A stretch of 64,000 nt of DNA from Escherichia coli (GCF_003334385.1 NZ_QOWN01000003.1); one strand, 5' to 3'; numbered from the stretch's first letter, positions 34,355-46,368 are shown. Notes: generated from the sequence alone by a model not told the origin. Numbers and translations are program-made.

Positions 34355-35167
34355 ATGATCATTACACAAGCAGACCTGCGAGAATGGCGTATCGGAGCGG
34401 TGATGTATCGCTGGTTCCTGCGCCATTTCCCACGCGGCGGTAGTTATGCCGATATTCATCATGCACTGATTGAGGAAGGATATACGGACTGGGCGGAGAG
34501 TCTGGTTGAGTATGCGTGGAAAAAATGGCTGGCGGATGAAAACTTCGCGCATCAGGAAGTTTCCTCTATGCAAAAACTGGCCACAGACCCCGGAGAGAGA
34601 CCATTTTGCAGTCAGTTTGCCCGCAGCGACGATCATGCTCGCATCGGCTGTTGTGAGGATAACGCCAGAATCGCAACCGCTGGGTATGCCGCGCAAATTG
34701 CCAGTATGGGTTATAGCGTGCGGATTGGAAGTGTCGGCTTTAACAGTCACATTGGCAGCTCCGGTGAACGCGCACGGGTTGCTGTAACCGGTAATTCTTC
34801 GCGGATAAGCAGCGCTGGAGATAGCAGTCGGATTGCGAATACCGGAATGCGAGTACGCGTTTGTACATTGGGTGAACGGTGTCATGTCGCCAGTAATGGT
34901 GACCTGGTGCAAATCGCCAGCTTTGGCGCAAACGCCAGAATTGCCAACAGCGGCGACAATGTACACATCATTGCCAGCGGTGAAAATTCAACGGTAGTGA
35001 GCACGGGCGTGGTCGACTCAATTATTCTCGGGCCAGGAGGAAGCGCCGCACTGGCATATCATGACGGCGAAAGAGTTCGCTTCGCCGTCGCCATTGAAGG
35101 TGAAAACAATATTCGAGCCGGAGTCCGCTATCGTCTTAATGAACAGCATCAGTTTGTTGAGTGCTGA
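34355..35167 (+). CDS. ydhT: protein of unknown function with tandem nonapeptide repeats
   Basis: 270-aa ORF, last gene of the cluster; residues about 103-219 form about 13 tandem 9-residue repeats. Confidence 0.8.
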   Translation: MIITQADLREWRIGAVMYRWFLRHFPRGGSYADIHHALIEEGYTDWAESLVEYAWKKWLADENFAHQEVSSMQKLATDPGERPFCSQFARSDDHARIGCCEDNARIATAGYAAQIASMGYSVRIGSVGFNSHIGSSGERARVAVTGNSSRISSAGDSSRIANTGMRVRVCTLGERCHVASNGDLVQIASFGANARIANSGDNVHIIASGENSTVVSTGVVDSIILGPGGSAALAYHDGERVRFAVAIEGENNIRAGVRYRLNEQHQFVEC

Positions 35168-35178
35168 TAGCTTTACCT

Positions 35179-36783
35179 TTAATCAAACGAAAGACGCCGA
35201 CGAGCACGGGATGCAGGCTTTACGACCGCCCGAGCCATCGCCTCACCAATTTCTGCACATGCCGTAAGTCCCTGAACGAAAGGCTGGTCGTGCATCAACC
35301 AGGGCAACGCGCCGAACGCTACGCGCCCACGAATATCTTCGGGTTGCTGTAACGTATAATCTTCGCCAACATCAGGGATTTCATCCCCTGTTTTCTGTAA
35401 TTGCTCGCGTAGCCCAGGGAAAGGGATATCTTTCACTTTAAGCGGACGTTGTCCGCGGGCATCAATAAAAACGTCAAACGAGTAGCTGTTGTCTTCCGTT
35501 TTCAGGACGGTGCGCGACTCATTAATTTCCATTTTGTAGTCTTCACCGAGGGCGAGAATATGAATGATTCCCGCTTCACGTAAGGCAAGTAGGCGACGAA
35601 TAGACTCTGAAGGGATTGCCGCATAATTATCGATGAAAACCCGGGCAAGGCCTTTACTGAACCGTTTATGGTCGTGTTCATTCAGATGTGGAACAATTTC
35701 CTGTACGGCTTCATGCAGGCGCAGAATGACATAACGCCAGGGAACAGTATGTTTTTCTCGTTTATTGCGTTCGACTTCCTGGAGATTTTTTTCTGCCCAG
35801 TCAAATGGGTCGCGTTGTTTGCGCTCGGCAAACCAGGCTTGAGCAAAGGAATCGACATTCAGGCTCTCTAAGGCTATGCGTTGACTCCAGTCTGGATCAG
35901 CAAACTTGATTTCCTCTACTATCAATCTAAATACCCGATCCAAAAGGCCCTCTTCGCCTTTTTGAATCTCAGCATTTAATGCCTGATCGGTGACGATGTG
36001 TAAGGGCTCGTAGGGAATAGGGCAATAGAAATCGGCTTCGGGTAAAATACCCGTGCGCGACAACAACGTGATATTTAGCTTTTCACTTGCGTTATCGCGG
36101 TGAAAAACGACGTGTTGTTTATCATCTTCAATGAACGAACCATGCTGAATAGCCACTGCCATTGCCGCATCCAGTCCGCTCAAGGATGTTCCCATAATAC
36201 CCACGTTACACGCATCGACCTTTGCTTCCATCAGGCCTGACCACGGGCTGGGAAAATACGTTCGGGTTGCTTCTTCTTCATCAGGCCAGACGTGACCCGT
36301 GGCGATCACCGCTAAATCAAACGTCTCGCTGGGTAAATCCTGATTTGTAGCGAGCATGACGCCAGCATTTGTAATTTGCAGATCGGTAACCTGGCATGAT
36401 TCATAAACAGCCACTGCAAATTTTTGCTGTCGTGCCTGGTCTACTAGTCGTAAAAATTGATCGCGGAAATATTCGCCCAGCAGAATTCGCGGTAAAAACT
36501 GACGATCGTGCAAGGTTTCTTTTTTAACGCCATAACGCTGGAGATGGCTGTCTTCTTGCTTTTGTAGCCATTCGAGATACGTACAATAAATCGGCGGTAT
36601 TTCAATACTGGCAATATTTGCCAGCATCATTTTTGAGTTTTCCTCATCACTGTATGGCATCCCGACACCGGCCTCGTCAGCCTGCTCGAAGATAGAAATA
36701 GAAAGTGGAGTTTGTTGCTGTAGAAGCGAGAATAAGGTGTAGATCCCCGTAGGCCCGGCACCCACAATAGCAATTTTTTTCAT
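35179..36783 (-). CDS. ydhS: FAD/NAD(P)-binding protein of unknown function
   Basis: 534-aa ORF with an N-terminal Rossmann motif (IVGAGPTG); convergent with ydhT. Confidence 0.82.
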   Translation of the reverse strand: MKKIAIVGAGPTGIYTLFSLLQQQTPLSISIFEQADEAGVGMPYSDEENSKMMLANIASIEIPPIYCTYLEWLQKQEDSHLQRYGVKKETLHDRQFLPRILLGEYFRDQFLRLVDQARQQKFAVAVYESCQVTDLQITNAGVMLATNQDLPSETFDLAVIATGHVWPDEEEATRTYFPSPWSGLMEAKVDACNVGIMGTSLSGLDAAMAVAIQHGSFIEDDKQHVVFHRDNASEKLNITLLSRTGILPEADFYCPIPYEPLHIVTDQALNAEIQKGEEGLLDRVFRLIVEEIKFADPDWSQRIALESLNVDSFAQAWFAERKQRDPFDWAEKNLQEVERNKREKHTVPWRYVILRLHEAVQEIVPHLNEHDHKRFSKGLARVFIDNYAAIPSESIRRLLALREAGIIHILALGEDYKMEINESRTVLKTEDNSYSFDVFIDARGQRPLKVKDIPFPGLREQLQKTGDEIPDVGEDYTLQQPEDIRGRVAFGALPWLMHDQPFVQGLTACAEIGEAMARAVVKPASRARRRLSFD

Positions 36784-36908
36784 TGTTACTTACCTGTACG
36801 CATTCTTTCGAATTTAGTGTTATCAGATAAGTTTGGTTGAGATTTTTAGAATTTGAGAAATTTCAGACAGGGATGAAAAGGGCGCTAACCGCCCTTGATT
36901 AAATTCTG

Positions 36909-37214
36909 TCAGGCGAGTTTTGCCTGATTGATTTGACTAAGTGGCTCATTGACATCGAAAACTTTGGCGACAACTTCCTCAACGCCGAGATTTTTCAGTC
37001 GGGCAGTATGTTTTTCCAGATAGGCAAGGGCGCTTTTTTCATCAGTGAAAAGGTAGATCCCACCGGCTTCGTGGTTCTTTTCACTTTCTGTCCATACCTT
37101 CCACAGAAAACCAGGTTCCTGATTAATCGACTCAGCAAGTGGTTTAAGCTGCTCAGCCATTGCGTCGCCAAATGGGCCATTAAAAGCAAAATGAAGTTGT
37201 AACAAAGTTGCCAT
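36909..37214 (-). CDS. ydhR: small putative monooxygenase-like protein
   Basis: 101-aa ORF next to the tRNA-Val pair. Confidence 0.75.
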
Positions 37215-37321
37215 AGCGATTCTCCTTCTGATAACGCATACGAAGACAGTGTAAATCTTTTAACGTATTGGATACAGAGAAGAAACAGAGGGAAAAAGGA
37301 GAAGACCAGATTAAGAAAATC

Positions 37322-37398
37322 TGGTGCGTCCGAGTGGACTCGAACCACCGACCCCCACCATGTCAAGGTGGTGCTCTAACCAACTGAGCTACGGACGC
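37322..37398 (-). tRNA. valW: tRNA-Val (GAC)
   Basis: Reverse complement reads GCGTCCGTAGCTCAGTTGGTTAGAGCACCACCTTGACATGGTGGGGGTCGGTGGTTCGAGTCCACTCGGACGCACCA: cloverleaf-compatible, GAC anticodon, 3' CCA. Confidence 0.93.
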
Positions 37399-37402
37399 AG
37401 GA

Positions 37403-37479
37403 TGGTGCGTTCAATTGGACTCGAACCAACGACCCCCACCATGTCAAGGTGGTGCTCTAACCAACTGAGCTATGAACGC
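37403..37479 (-). tRNA. valV: tRNA-Val (GAC)
   Basis: Reverse complement reads GCGTTCATAGCTCAGTTGGTTAGAGCACCACCTTGACATGGTGGGGGTCGTTGGTTCGAGTCCAATTGAACGCACCA; tandem copy 4 nt from valW. Confidence 0.93.
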
Positions 37480-37786
37480 AACGTTGTAGGTGACAACGGG
37501 GACGAATATTAGCGGCAGAGTGGGAAGGTGGCAAGAGGCAAAACGTAATTTTCTGCGCTATTTCGACCGTTTGCAGAGCTTTTAAGCAAATTGGCTATAT
37601 TTTGTTGATTTGCAAGGGTGATTTTTATTCAGGATCGCATTTACATCTGATACAACCCAATAATTCGTGTATCAGAGTTTAAACAGAGTTGTTTGCCACC
37701 ATCTCAAATCTGTCGTGGATAAATCCTCCGTAGCCTTTACACTTAGGTAGCAATAAAGGCACACAGATGCAGCAAAGGAATAAATC

Positions 37787-39043
37787 ATGGGATCTGATGC
37801 GAAAAACTTGATGAGCGACGGGAACGTGCAAATTGTTAAGACCGGCGAGGTCATTGGCGCGACGCAACTTACTGAAGGCGAGTTGATTGTTGAAGCTGGC
37901 GGAAGAGCCGAAAATACCGTGGTCACGGGGGCTGGCTGGTTGAAAGTGGCAACCGGTGGGATCGCCAAATGCACACAGTACGGTAACAATGGCACGCTAT
38001 CGGTCAGCGATGGTGCCATTGCCACAGATATTGTTCAGTCCGAGGGAGGCGCAATTAGTCTCTCTACGCTCGCTACGGTTAATGGCCGCCATCCCGAAGG
38101 TGAATTCAGCGTTGATAAAGGTTATGCCTGCGGTTTGTTGCTGGAAAATGGCGGTAACCTGCGTGTACTGGAAGGACATCGCGCGGAAAAAATCATTCTC
38201 GATCAAGAGGGCGGCCTGTTGGTTAATGGGACAACCTCAGCGGTCGTGGTAGATGAAGGTGGTGAATTGTTGGTGTATCCAGGTGGGGAAGCCAGCAATT
38301 GTGAGATTAATCAGGGCGGCGTTTTTATGCTGGCCGGGAAAGCCAGTGATACGTTGCTTGCTGGTGGCACCATGAATAATCTCGGTGGTGAAGACTCTGA
38401 CACTATTGTTGAGAATGGATCCATTTATCGTCTGGGGACGGATGGCCTTCAGCTCTACAGTTCCGGTAAGACGCAAAACCTGTCCGTGAATGTGGGTGGT
38501 CGGGCTGAAGTGCATGCCGGTACGCTGGAAAACGCGGTAATACAAGGTGGGACAGTGATCCTGTTGTCACCCACCAGCGCGGACGAAAATTTTGTCGTAG
38601 AGGAAGATCGCGCACCGGTTGAACTGACCGGGAGTGTTGCATTACTGGACGGCGCTTCAATGATTATTGGTTATGGCGCAGAGCTGCAACAATCAACGAT
38701 TACTGTACAGCAGGGCGGTGTGTTGATTCTAGACGGCAGTACGGTAAAAGGTGACAGTGTCACTTTCATTGTTGGTAACATCAATCTGAATGGTGGAAAA
38801 CTGTGGCTGATCACTGATGCGGCAACGCATGTGCAACTGAAAGTGAAACGCCTGCGCGGAGAGGGAGCGATTTGCCTGCAAACCAGTGCAAAAGAAATTT
38901 CACCTGACTTCATCAATGTGAAAGGGGAAGTTACCGGGGATATACACGTTGAGATAACAGATGCCAGTCGGCAAACTCTGTGTAACGCTCTGAAATTACA
39001 GCCAGACGAAGACGGGATTGGCGCAACGCTCCAGCCTGCGTAA
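37787..39043 (+). CDS. ydhQ: autotransporter-passenger-like repeat protein lacking signal peptide and beta-barrel
   Basis: 418-aa ORF with recurring GG-centred repeats of about 19-20 residues across most of its length. Confidence 0.8.
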   Translation: MGSDAKNLMSDGNVQIVKTGEVIGATQLTEGELIVEAGGRAENTVVTGAGWLKVATGGIAKCTQYGNNGTLSVSDGAIATDIVQSEGGAISLSTLATVNGRHPEGEFSVDKGYACGLLLENGGNLRVLEGHRAEKIILDQEGGLLVNGTTSAVVVDEGGELLVYPGGEASNCEINQGGVFMLAGKASDTLLAGGTMNNLGGEDSDTIVENGSIYRLGTDGLQLYSSGKTQNLSVNVGGRAEVHAGTLENAVIQGGTVILLSPTSADENFVVEEDRAPVELTGSVALLDGASMIIGYGAELQQSTITVQQGGVLILDGSTVKGDSVTFIVGNINLNGGKLWLITDAATHVQLKVKRLRGEGAICLQTSAKEISPDFINVKGEVTGDIHVEITDASRQTLCNALKLQPDEDGIGATLQPA

Positions 39044-39049
39044 AAATAC

Positions 39050-39075
39050 AGGCGCAACCCGTGAAGGTTGCGCCT
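39050..39075. terminator. bidirectional intrinsic terminator between ydhQ and mdtK
   Basis: Hairpin AGGCGCAACC-CGTGA-GGTTGCGCCT with T-rich tracts on both strands. Confidence 0.65.
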
Positions 39076-39083
39076 TGTCTTTA

Positions 39084-40478
<1,395 letters not shown>

Positions 40479-40671
40479 TTATATGAGAGACTAAAAAGCC
40501 GCCTGAATGGGCAGCAAAAAGAAGAAGCAGGGGAAATTCAGTCTATTGTAGCGAGGATTTATTAATTCTCCAGTGAAAAAATAGCCATTCTTACCCCTTC
40601 ACTGGTAAGGGCGTTTTCCACCTGCTATTGTGCTGAACAGAATGTCTTAACTGATTTCAGGAGTTGTAAGT

Positions 40672-41313
40672 ATGTTTACGGGGATTGTACAGGGCACCGC
40701 AAAACTGGTGTCGATTGACGAGAAACCAAATTTTCGTACGCATGTGGTGGAGTTACCCGACCACATGCTGGACGGCCTGGAAACCGGTGCTTCCGTGGCG
40801 CATAACGGTTGCTGCCTGACCGTGACGGAAATTAACGGCAACCATGTCAGTTTTGACCTGATGAAAGAAACGTTACGCATTACCAATCTTGGCGATTTAA
40901 AAGTGGGGGATTGGGTAAACGTTGAGCGTGCGGCGAAATTCAGTGATGAAATTGGCGGACACTTAATGTCAGGTCATATTATGACCACTGCTGAAGTGGC
41001 GAAAATATTAACCTCAGAAAATAATCGCCAGATCTGGTTTAAAGTCCAGGATAGTCAGTTGATGAAATATATTCTGTACAAAGGATTTATTGGCATCGAC
41101 GGTATTAGCCTGACCGTCGGCGAAGTCACGCCAACGCGTTTTTGCGTCCATTTAATTCCGGAAACACTGGAACGCACGACTCTTGGGAAGAAAAAACTTG
41201 GCGCACGCGTCAACATTGAAATCGATCCACAAACTCAGGCAGTGGTAGATACGGTAGAACGTGTGCTGGCGGCACGAGAAAATGCCATGAATCAACCAGG
41301 CACAGAAGCCTGA
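40672..41313 (+). CDS. ribC: riboflavin synthase (ribE)
   Basis: 213-aa ORF starting [15 protein letters not shown], with an internal duplicated lumazine-binding fold. Confidence 0.92.
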   Translation: MFTGIVQGTAKLVSIDEKPNFRTHVVELPDHMLDGLETGASVAHNGCCLTVTEINGNHVSFDLMKETLRITNLGDLKVGDWVNVERAAKFSDEIGGHLMSGHIMTTAEVAKILTSENNRQIWFKVQDSQLMKYILYKGFIGIDGISLTVGEVTPTRFCVHLIPETLERTTLGKKKLGARVNIEIDPQTQAVVDTVERVLAARENAMNQPGTEA

Positions 41314-41319
41314 TCTGAA

Positions 41320-41342
41320 ATCGCCCCCGGAGAGGGGGCGAT
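41320..41342. terminator. hairpin between convergent ribC and cfa
   Basis: ATCGCCCCC-GGAGA-GGGGGCGAT, a perfect 9-bp GC-rich stem with weak U-tracts. Confidence 0.45.
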
Positions 41343-41352
41343 AGAATAGCCT

Positions 41353-42501
41353 TTAGCGAGCCACTCGAAGGCCGTTTTCAACACCGCGTGAGAACACGAC
41401 CTGCCAGAGCTGAATATCACGGGCGCGGAAAGCACCTGCACAGGCATTCAGATAATAGGTAAACATTCGTTTAAAGCGTTCACTATAGTTATCCGCAATT
41501 TCTGGCCATGCGGCGAGGAATCGTTCATACCACGCCATCAACGTAGTATCGTAATCAGCACCGAAGTTATGCCAGTCTTCCATCACAAAGTGGGGTTCGC
41601 TGGACTGAGCAATCTGGCGTACAGAGGGCAGGCAACCGTTCGGAAAAATATATTTATTAATCCAGGGATCAACATTCAGATCGGTTTTTTTCGAACCGAT
41701 AGTATGGAGCAGGAATATGCCTTCCGGTTTCAAATTACGATCCACCACCGCAAAATAGGTATCGTAATTTTTCGGTCCGACGTGCTCGAACATCCCCACA
41801 GAAACAATACGATCAAACTGGTCGTTCAGGTCACGATAATCTTGCAGCAAAATGGTGACATCCAGGCCTTCACAGCGTTCCTGAGCCATTTTTTGCTGTT
41901 CGGCAGAAATGGTGACGCCCACCACGCTTACGTCATAATTAGATGCCATGTAGTGTGCCAGTCCGCCCCAGCCGCAGCCAATATCCAGTACGCGCATCCC
42001 TGGTTTTAACTGCAATTTTTCACAAATCATTTTGAGCTTCGCCTGCTGGGCAGATTCCAGATTATCGGCATCTTTCCAGTAAGCGCAGGAATATTGCATG
42101 AAGGGATCAAGCATGCGGCTGAACAAGTCATTACCCAAATCGTAATGCTCTTTGCCGACTATCCAGGCACGTTTTTTACTCTGCAGATTGAAGAGACGAG
42201 CGCCGGCAATACGCAGCGTGTCTTTGAAATGATGGGGGAGTTGGTTCTCGAGACCTGCGCGTAAGACTTTGCTAAAAAACATATCCAGTCGGTCACATTC
42301 CCACCAGCCATCCATATAACTTTCGCCTAACCCCAAAGAGCCTTCTTGCAGAACGCGTTTAAAAAAATCGGGGTTTTTCACACGAATATCCGCCGGGGCA
42401 GAACCGTTAATGGCTATACCGGCACGGCTAAGTAATTCGTTGGCGATACGGTACCAGTTGTCATCCGGTACACTGACTTCTTCTATACACGATGAACTCA
42501 T
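41353..42501 (-). CDS. cfa: cyclopropane-fatty-acyl-phospholipid synthase
   Basis: 382-aa ORF with SAM-binding motif VLDIGCGWGGLA. Confidence 0.93.
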   Translation of the reverse strand: MSSSCIEEVSVPDDNWYRIANELLSRAGIAINGSAPADIRVKNPDFFKRVLQEGSLGLGESYMDGWWECDRLDMFFSKVLRAGLENQLPHHFKDTLRIAGARLFNLQSKKRAWIVGKEHYDLGNDLFSRMLDPFMQYSCAYWKDADNLESAQQAKLKMICEKLQLKPGMRVLDIGCGWGGLAHYMASNYDVSVVGVTISAEQQKMAQERCEGLDVTILLQDYRDLNDQFDRIVSVGMFEHVGPKNYDTYFAVVDRNLKPEGIFLLHTIGSKKTDLNVDPWINKYIFPNGCLPSVRQIAQSSEPHFVMEDWHNFGADYDTTLMAWYERFLAAWPEIADNYSERFKRMFTYYLNACAGAFRARDIQLWQVVFSRGVENGLRVAR

Positions 42502-42791
42502 AGTTTCTCCATCACTGGTCGGTGATCAGAACCTTAAAACAGCGTAGACGCTTTTTGGGCTTTGTGAGAAATCTCGCAGAAAAAACCGCGAGTCTATAAT
42601 CCGACGTAGAACAGAGGGAAAGGAGGAACCCTTGCCGAAATGACTATCCATAGTGAGTCGGGAACGATCCTGTCCCCGTAAAAACATAATATTTATCGTA
42701 GCTTTAACAACTCGAAATTAGTATAGGCCGCTAATTTCAATCATACAACAAAATTTTGTTAGCAGCCTAAGTATAAGTATATCGATATAGA

Positions 42792-44003
42792 TCAGTGTGA
42801 TTCGCTATGAGCGACTTCGGCATTGCCATGATTCTGGCAGCCAACTTCTTCACAACGTTGCATCATGTAACCCAGCGCGACCAGCACTACTGTTGATAAC
42901 ATCACGCTGGTGGTGGTGAGCAATGGCGTGCTGATACTGATCAGCCAGGAAACTACCAGACTTGCGAGGAAGCACAGACCCAGTTGAAGAGTGTTCTGCA
43001 ACGCTGCGGCGCGACCAGTTGCGTGTGGGAAGGGACGCAGCGCCTGGGCGACAACAATAGGGTAGATCGCGCCATTGGCAATCGCCATCACACAGAATGG
43101 GATCAGGATTTCGACCAGCGACACATGGCTAATGAAGCCCGCAGCCCAGGTCGCAATGACGCTGACAGCAAACAGCACCAGCAACCACGGTAATAACTGC
43201 TTGCCTTGCCATTTCTGCAGCGCGGCGCGACAGCCATAACCACCAATCAGAAACGCGATAGTTTGCGGGACATAACTTAAACCAATAACTGCCGGGCTGT
43301 AGCCCATTTCACTAAGGATGAACGGTGAACCGGTCAGCCATGCAAAAAAACTGGCTGAACAGGCTGCGTATATCAGCACGTTGCCGCGATAGGTTTTAGA
43401 ACGTAGCAGGTCGGTAAAGGTCAGACCATCCTGACTATTGTTACGGGCCTTCGTCGTGGGTTTGAGCCAGAAAATAGGCAGAATCAGCACCACGGTAATG
43501 GCAAACAGGGTGGCGAAAATCGCCTGCCAGGAAAAATGGACCAGCAGCCAGCTTCCTAACAGAGGAGCCAGTGCCGGAGATAGACCCACCAGCGGCATGA
43601 TGGTCGCAAAAATACGGTTAACTTTCTGTGAAGGATAATAATCTGTCACTAATGCTTGCCAGATAACCGCCGCGGCGCAGACACCCACAGCCTGTACAAA
43701 ACGCAATACCAGCAGCGTAGCGGCGTTTTCTACCCACAGCATCCCCAGACTACCTAACGCAAAAATTGTCAGGCCGATTAATAATACCGGTTTACGACCA
43801 TAACGGTCGGAGAGCGGCCCCCACAGAAGCTGGGCTGCGGCAAAACCGGCAAGGAACAGACTAAGGCTGGCACTGACAGCAGACGCAGGCGTTTGCAGGT
43901 CGGCCTGTATGGCGGCGAAAGCAGGCAGATACATATCGGTTGCCAGAAAACCGAGTACGCTCAAACCCGCCAGCCAGACTAAAAATCTTTTCCCAGGTTG
44001 CAT
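42792..44003 (-). CDS. ydhC: MFS exporter (reported purine nucleoside exporter PunC)
   Basis: 403-aa polytopic ORF, divergent from the LysR regulator ydhB. Confidence 0.82.
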   Translation of the reverse strand: MQPGKRFLVWLAGLSVLGFLATDMYLPAFAAIQADLQTPASAVSASLSLFLAGFAAAQLLWGPLSDRYGRKPVLLIGLTIFALGSLGMLWVENAATLLVLRFVQAVGVCAAAVIWQALVTDYYPSQKVNRIFATIMPLVGLSPALAPLLGSWLLVHFSWQAIFATLFAITVVLILPIFWLKPTTKARNNSQDGLTFTDLLRSKTYRGNVLIYAACSASFFAWLTGSPFILSEMGYSPAVIGLSYVPQTIAFLIGGYGCRAALQKWQGKQLLPWLLVLFAVSVIATWAAGFISHVSLVEILIPFCVMAIANGAIYPIVVAQALRPFPHATGRAAALQNTLQLGLCFLASLVVSWLISISTPLLTTTSVMLSTVVLVALGYMMQRCEEVGCQNHGNAEVAHSESH

Positions 44004-44115
44004 GTATATTCTCTAAATCTCTCAATTAAACACCGCCGCAAAGTGTAGGGAGTGAAATTAGTGTTGTGAAACGGTAATATTTGATGACTGGTTTCAAAAA
44101 TTTTGCAGGCAGACT

Positions 44116-45048
44116 ATGTGGTCAGAATATTCACTCGAAGTTGTTGATGCGGTAGCGCGTAATGGTAGTTTTAGCGCTGCGGCACAGGAGCTGCATCGCG
44201 TTCCTTCTGCGGTCAGCTATACCGTGCGTCAGCTGGAAGAGTGGCTGGCGGTGCCGCTCTTTGAACGACGGCACCGTGATGTGGAGCTGACCGCTGCTGG
44301 AGCGTGGTTTCTCAAAGAAGGGCGCTCTGTTGTCAAAAAAATGCAGATCACCCGCCAGCAATGTCAGCAGATAGCGAACGGCTGGCGCGGTCAGTTAGCT
44401 ATCGCAGTGGATAATATTGTCAGGCCAGAACGTACACGGCAGATGATCGTTGATTTTTATCGCCATTTTGATGATGTCGAACTTCTTGTCTTTCAGGAAG
44501 TGTTCAACGGTGTCTGGGATGCGCTTTCCGACGGGCGCGTGGAACTGGCGATTGGCGCAACACGCGCGATTCCGGTAGGCGGTCGTTATGCCTTCCGGGA
44601 TATGGGGATGCTAAGCTGGAGTTGCGTTGTTGCCAGTCACCACCCGCTGGCGTTGATGGATGGCCCGTTCAGCGATGATACGTTGCGCAACTGGCCGTCG
44701 TTGGTGCGCGAAGACACCTCGCGAACGCTACCTAAACGTATTACCTGGTTGCTGGATAACCAAAAAAGAGTTGTCGTGCCTGACTGGGAATCATCGGCAA
44801 CCTGTATCTCGGCAGGATTATGCATAGGGATGGTGCCAACACATTTCGCCAAACCGTGGCTTAATGAGGGGAAGTGGGTAGCATTAGAACAGGAAAACCC
44901 CTTTCCGGATTCGGCATGTTGTCTGACATGGCAGCAAAATGATATGTCGCCTGCGTTAACCTGGTTGCTTGAGTATCTCGGCGATAGTGAGACGCTGAAT
45001 AAGGAGTGGCTGCGGGAGCCGGAAGAGACTCCCGCAACGGGTGATTAA
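44116..45048 (+). CDS. ydhB: LysR-family transcriptional regulator (PunR)
   Basis: 310-aa ORF with an N-terminal LysR HTH; divergent from ydhC. Confidence 0.82.
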
Positions 45049-46070
45049 CGACGATAGTCGCGGAACGGGCCGTCAGCCACGGAGCGGCGTTCAATCAAGC
45101 GCGGATGCACTTCAATAGACTGCGGTTCTTCACGTTTGTTGACGATACGATCCAACAGCATGTTGAACGCTGTTTCACCCAGCGAATCTTTTGGCTGATG
45201 GATCGTGGTCAGCGCCGGCGTAAAATAGCGCGCGTTGCGCACGTTATCATAACCGATCAGCGAAACATCCTGCGGGACGCGCAGGCCCATTTCATCAGCA
45301 GCACAAAGTGCGCCCATTGCCATGATATCGCCACCACAGAAGACGGCAGTAGGGCGATGCGGCTGCGACAGGATTTGCTGCATGGCGCGATAACCGGATT
45401 CAGGTTCAAAGTCACCCTGCACAATCCAGCTTTCCGGCACCTTGATCATCGCTTCTTCCATCGCCTTCATAAAACCGGCAAGGCGGCCTGCGCCGGTGTT
45501 ACGTTCCAGCGGGCCGGGGATGACGCCGATTTCGCGGTGACCGCGTTCAATCAGATAACGCCCGGCCATGTAGCCGCCTTCGAACGCGTTATCAATGACC
45601 GCATCGGTGAAGTCAGCTTTTGCTTCACCCCAGTCCATGACCACCATTGGGATATGGCGATACTCTTCCAGCATCGCCAGCAACGGCTCTGGGTACTCAG
45701 AACACATCACCAGCAGACCATCGACGCGTTTTTGCGCCATCATCGACAGATAAGCCCGCTGTTTCTCAAGATTGTTCCACGCATTGCCCAGAATCAGGGT
45801 GTAACCTTTCTGGAAGCAATTTTTTTCAACTGCTTCAATGATCTCGGCAAAATAGGCCGCTTCGCTGCTGGTCGCCAGCAAACCGATAGACTTGGTGTGG
45901 TTAACCTTCAGGCTACGCGCCACCGCGCTAGGGGAGTAGTGTAATTCTTTAATCGCTGCCCACACGGCGTTGCGCGTTTCTTCAGCGACGAAACGTGTTT
46001 TGTTGATCACGTGTGACACAGTTGTAGTGGAAACGTTTGCTCGTTTCGCTACATCTTTTATTGTTGCCAT
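45045..46070 (-). CDS. purR: purine repressor (LacI family)
   Basis: 341-aa ORF starting [36 protein letters not shown], recognised as PurR. Confidence 0.95.
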
Positions 46071-46114
46071 TCCATTTCACTCCAGACCCTAACTTCAGCT
46101 CCTGCAAAATCGCA

Positions 46115-46130
46115 AGGTAAACGTTTGCCT
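46115..46130. promoter_or_regulatory. PUR-box-like operator in the purR leader
   Basis: AGGTAAACGTTTGCCT matches the PurR operator consensus ACGCAAACGTTTGCGT at 13 of 16 positions, about 45-60 bp upstream of the purR start codon. Confidence 0.5.
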
Positions 46131-46368
46131 TTACACACCTTACGCACAACAAAAGTGTTGCGGTACGCCGGAAAAACGACACGGAGCGTCAGGAAGGGGT
46201 CAATGGCCAGTACGCAAATAGTGTAAGCGTGGAATTTTGGCCGATCTTGACGAAAAGGGGAAGTGGTAAAAACACTTATCATTATAAATGACGGGAGATT
46301 TTTTCATCACAGTGTGTAAAAATGCGTAATATCACTTTTTGTGTGGTAATAAAAAAGGAGAAAACTTG

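Noticed and set aside
37324-37512. 62-aa plus-strand ORF (MRPSGLEPPTPTMSRWCSNQLSYGRR...) overlapping the tRNA region
   Set aside because: It is the antisense translation of the two tRNA-Val genes; the internal peptide repeat simply mirrors the tRNA duplication.
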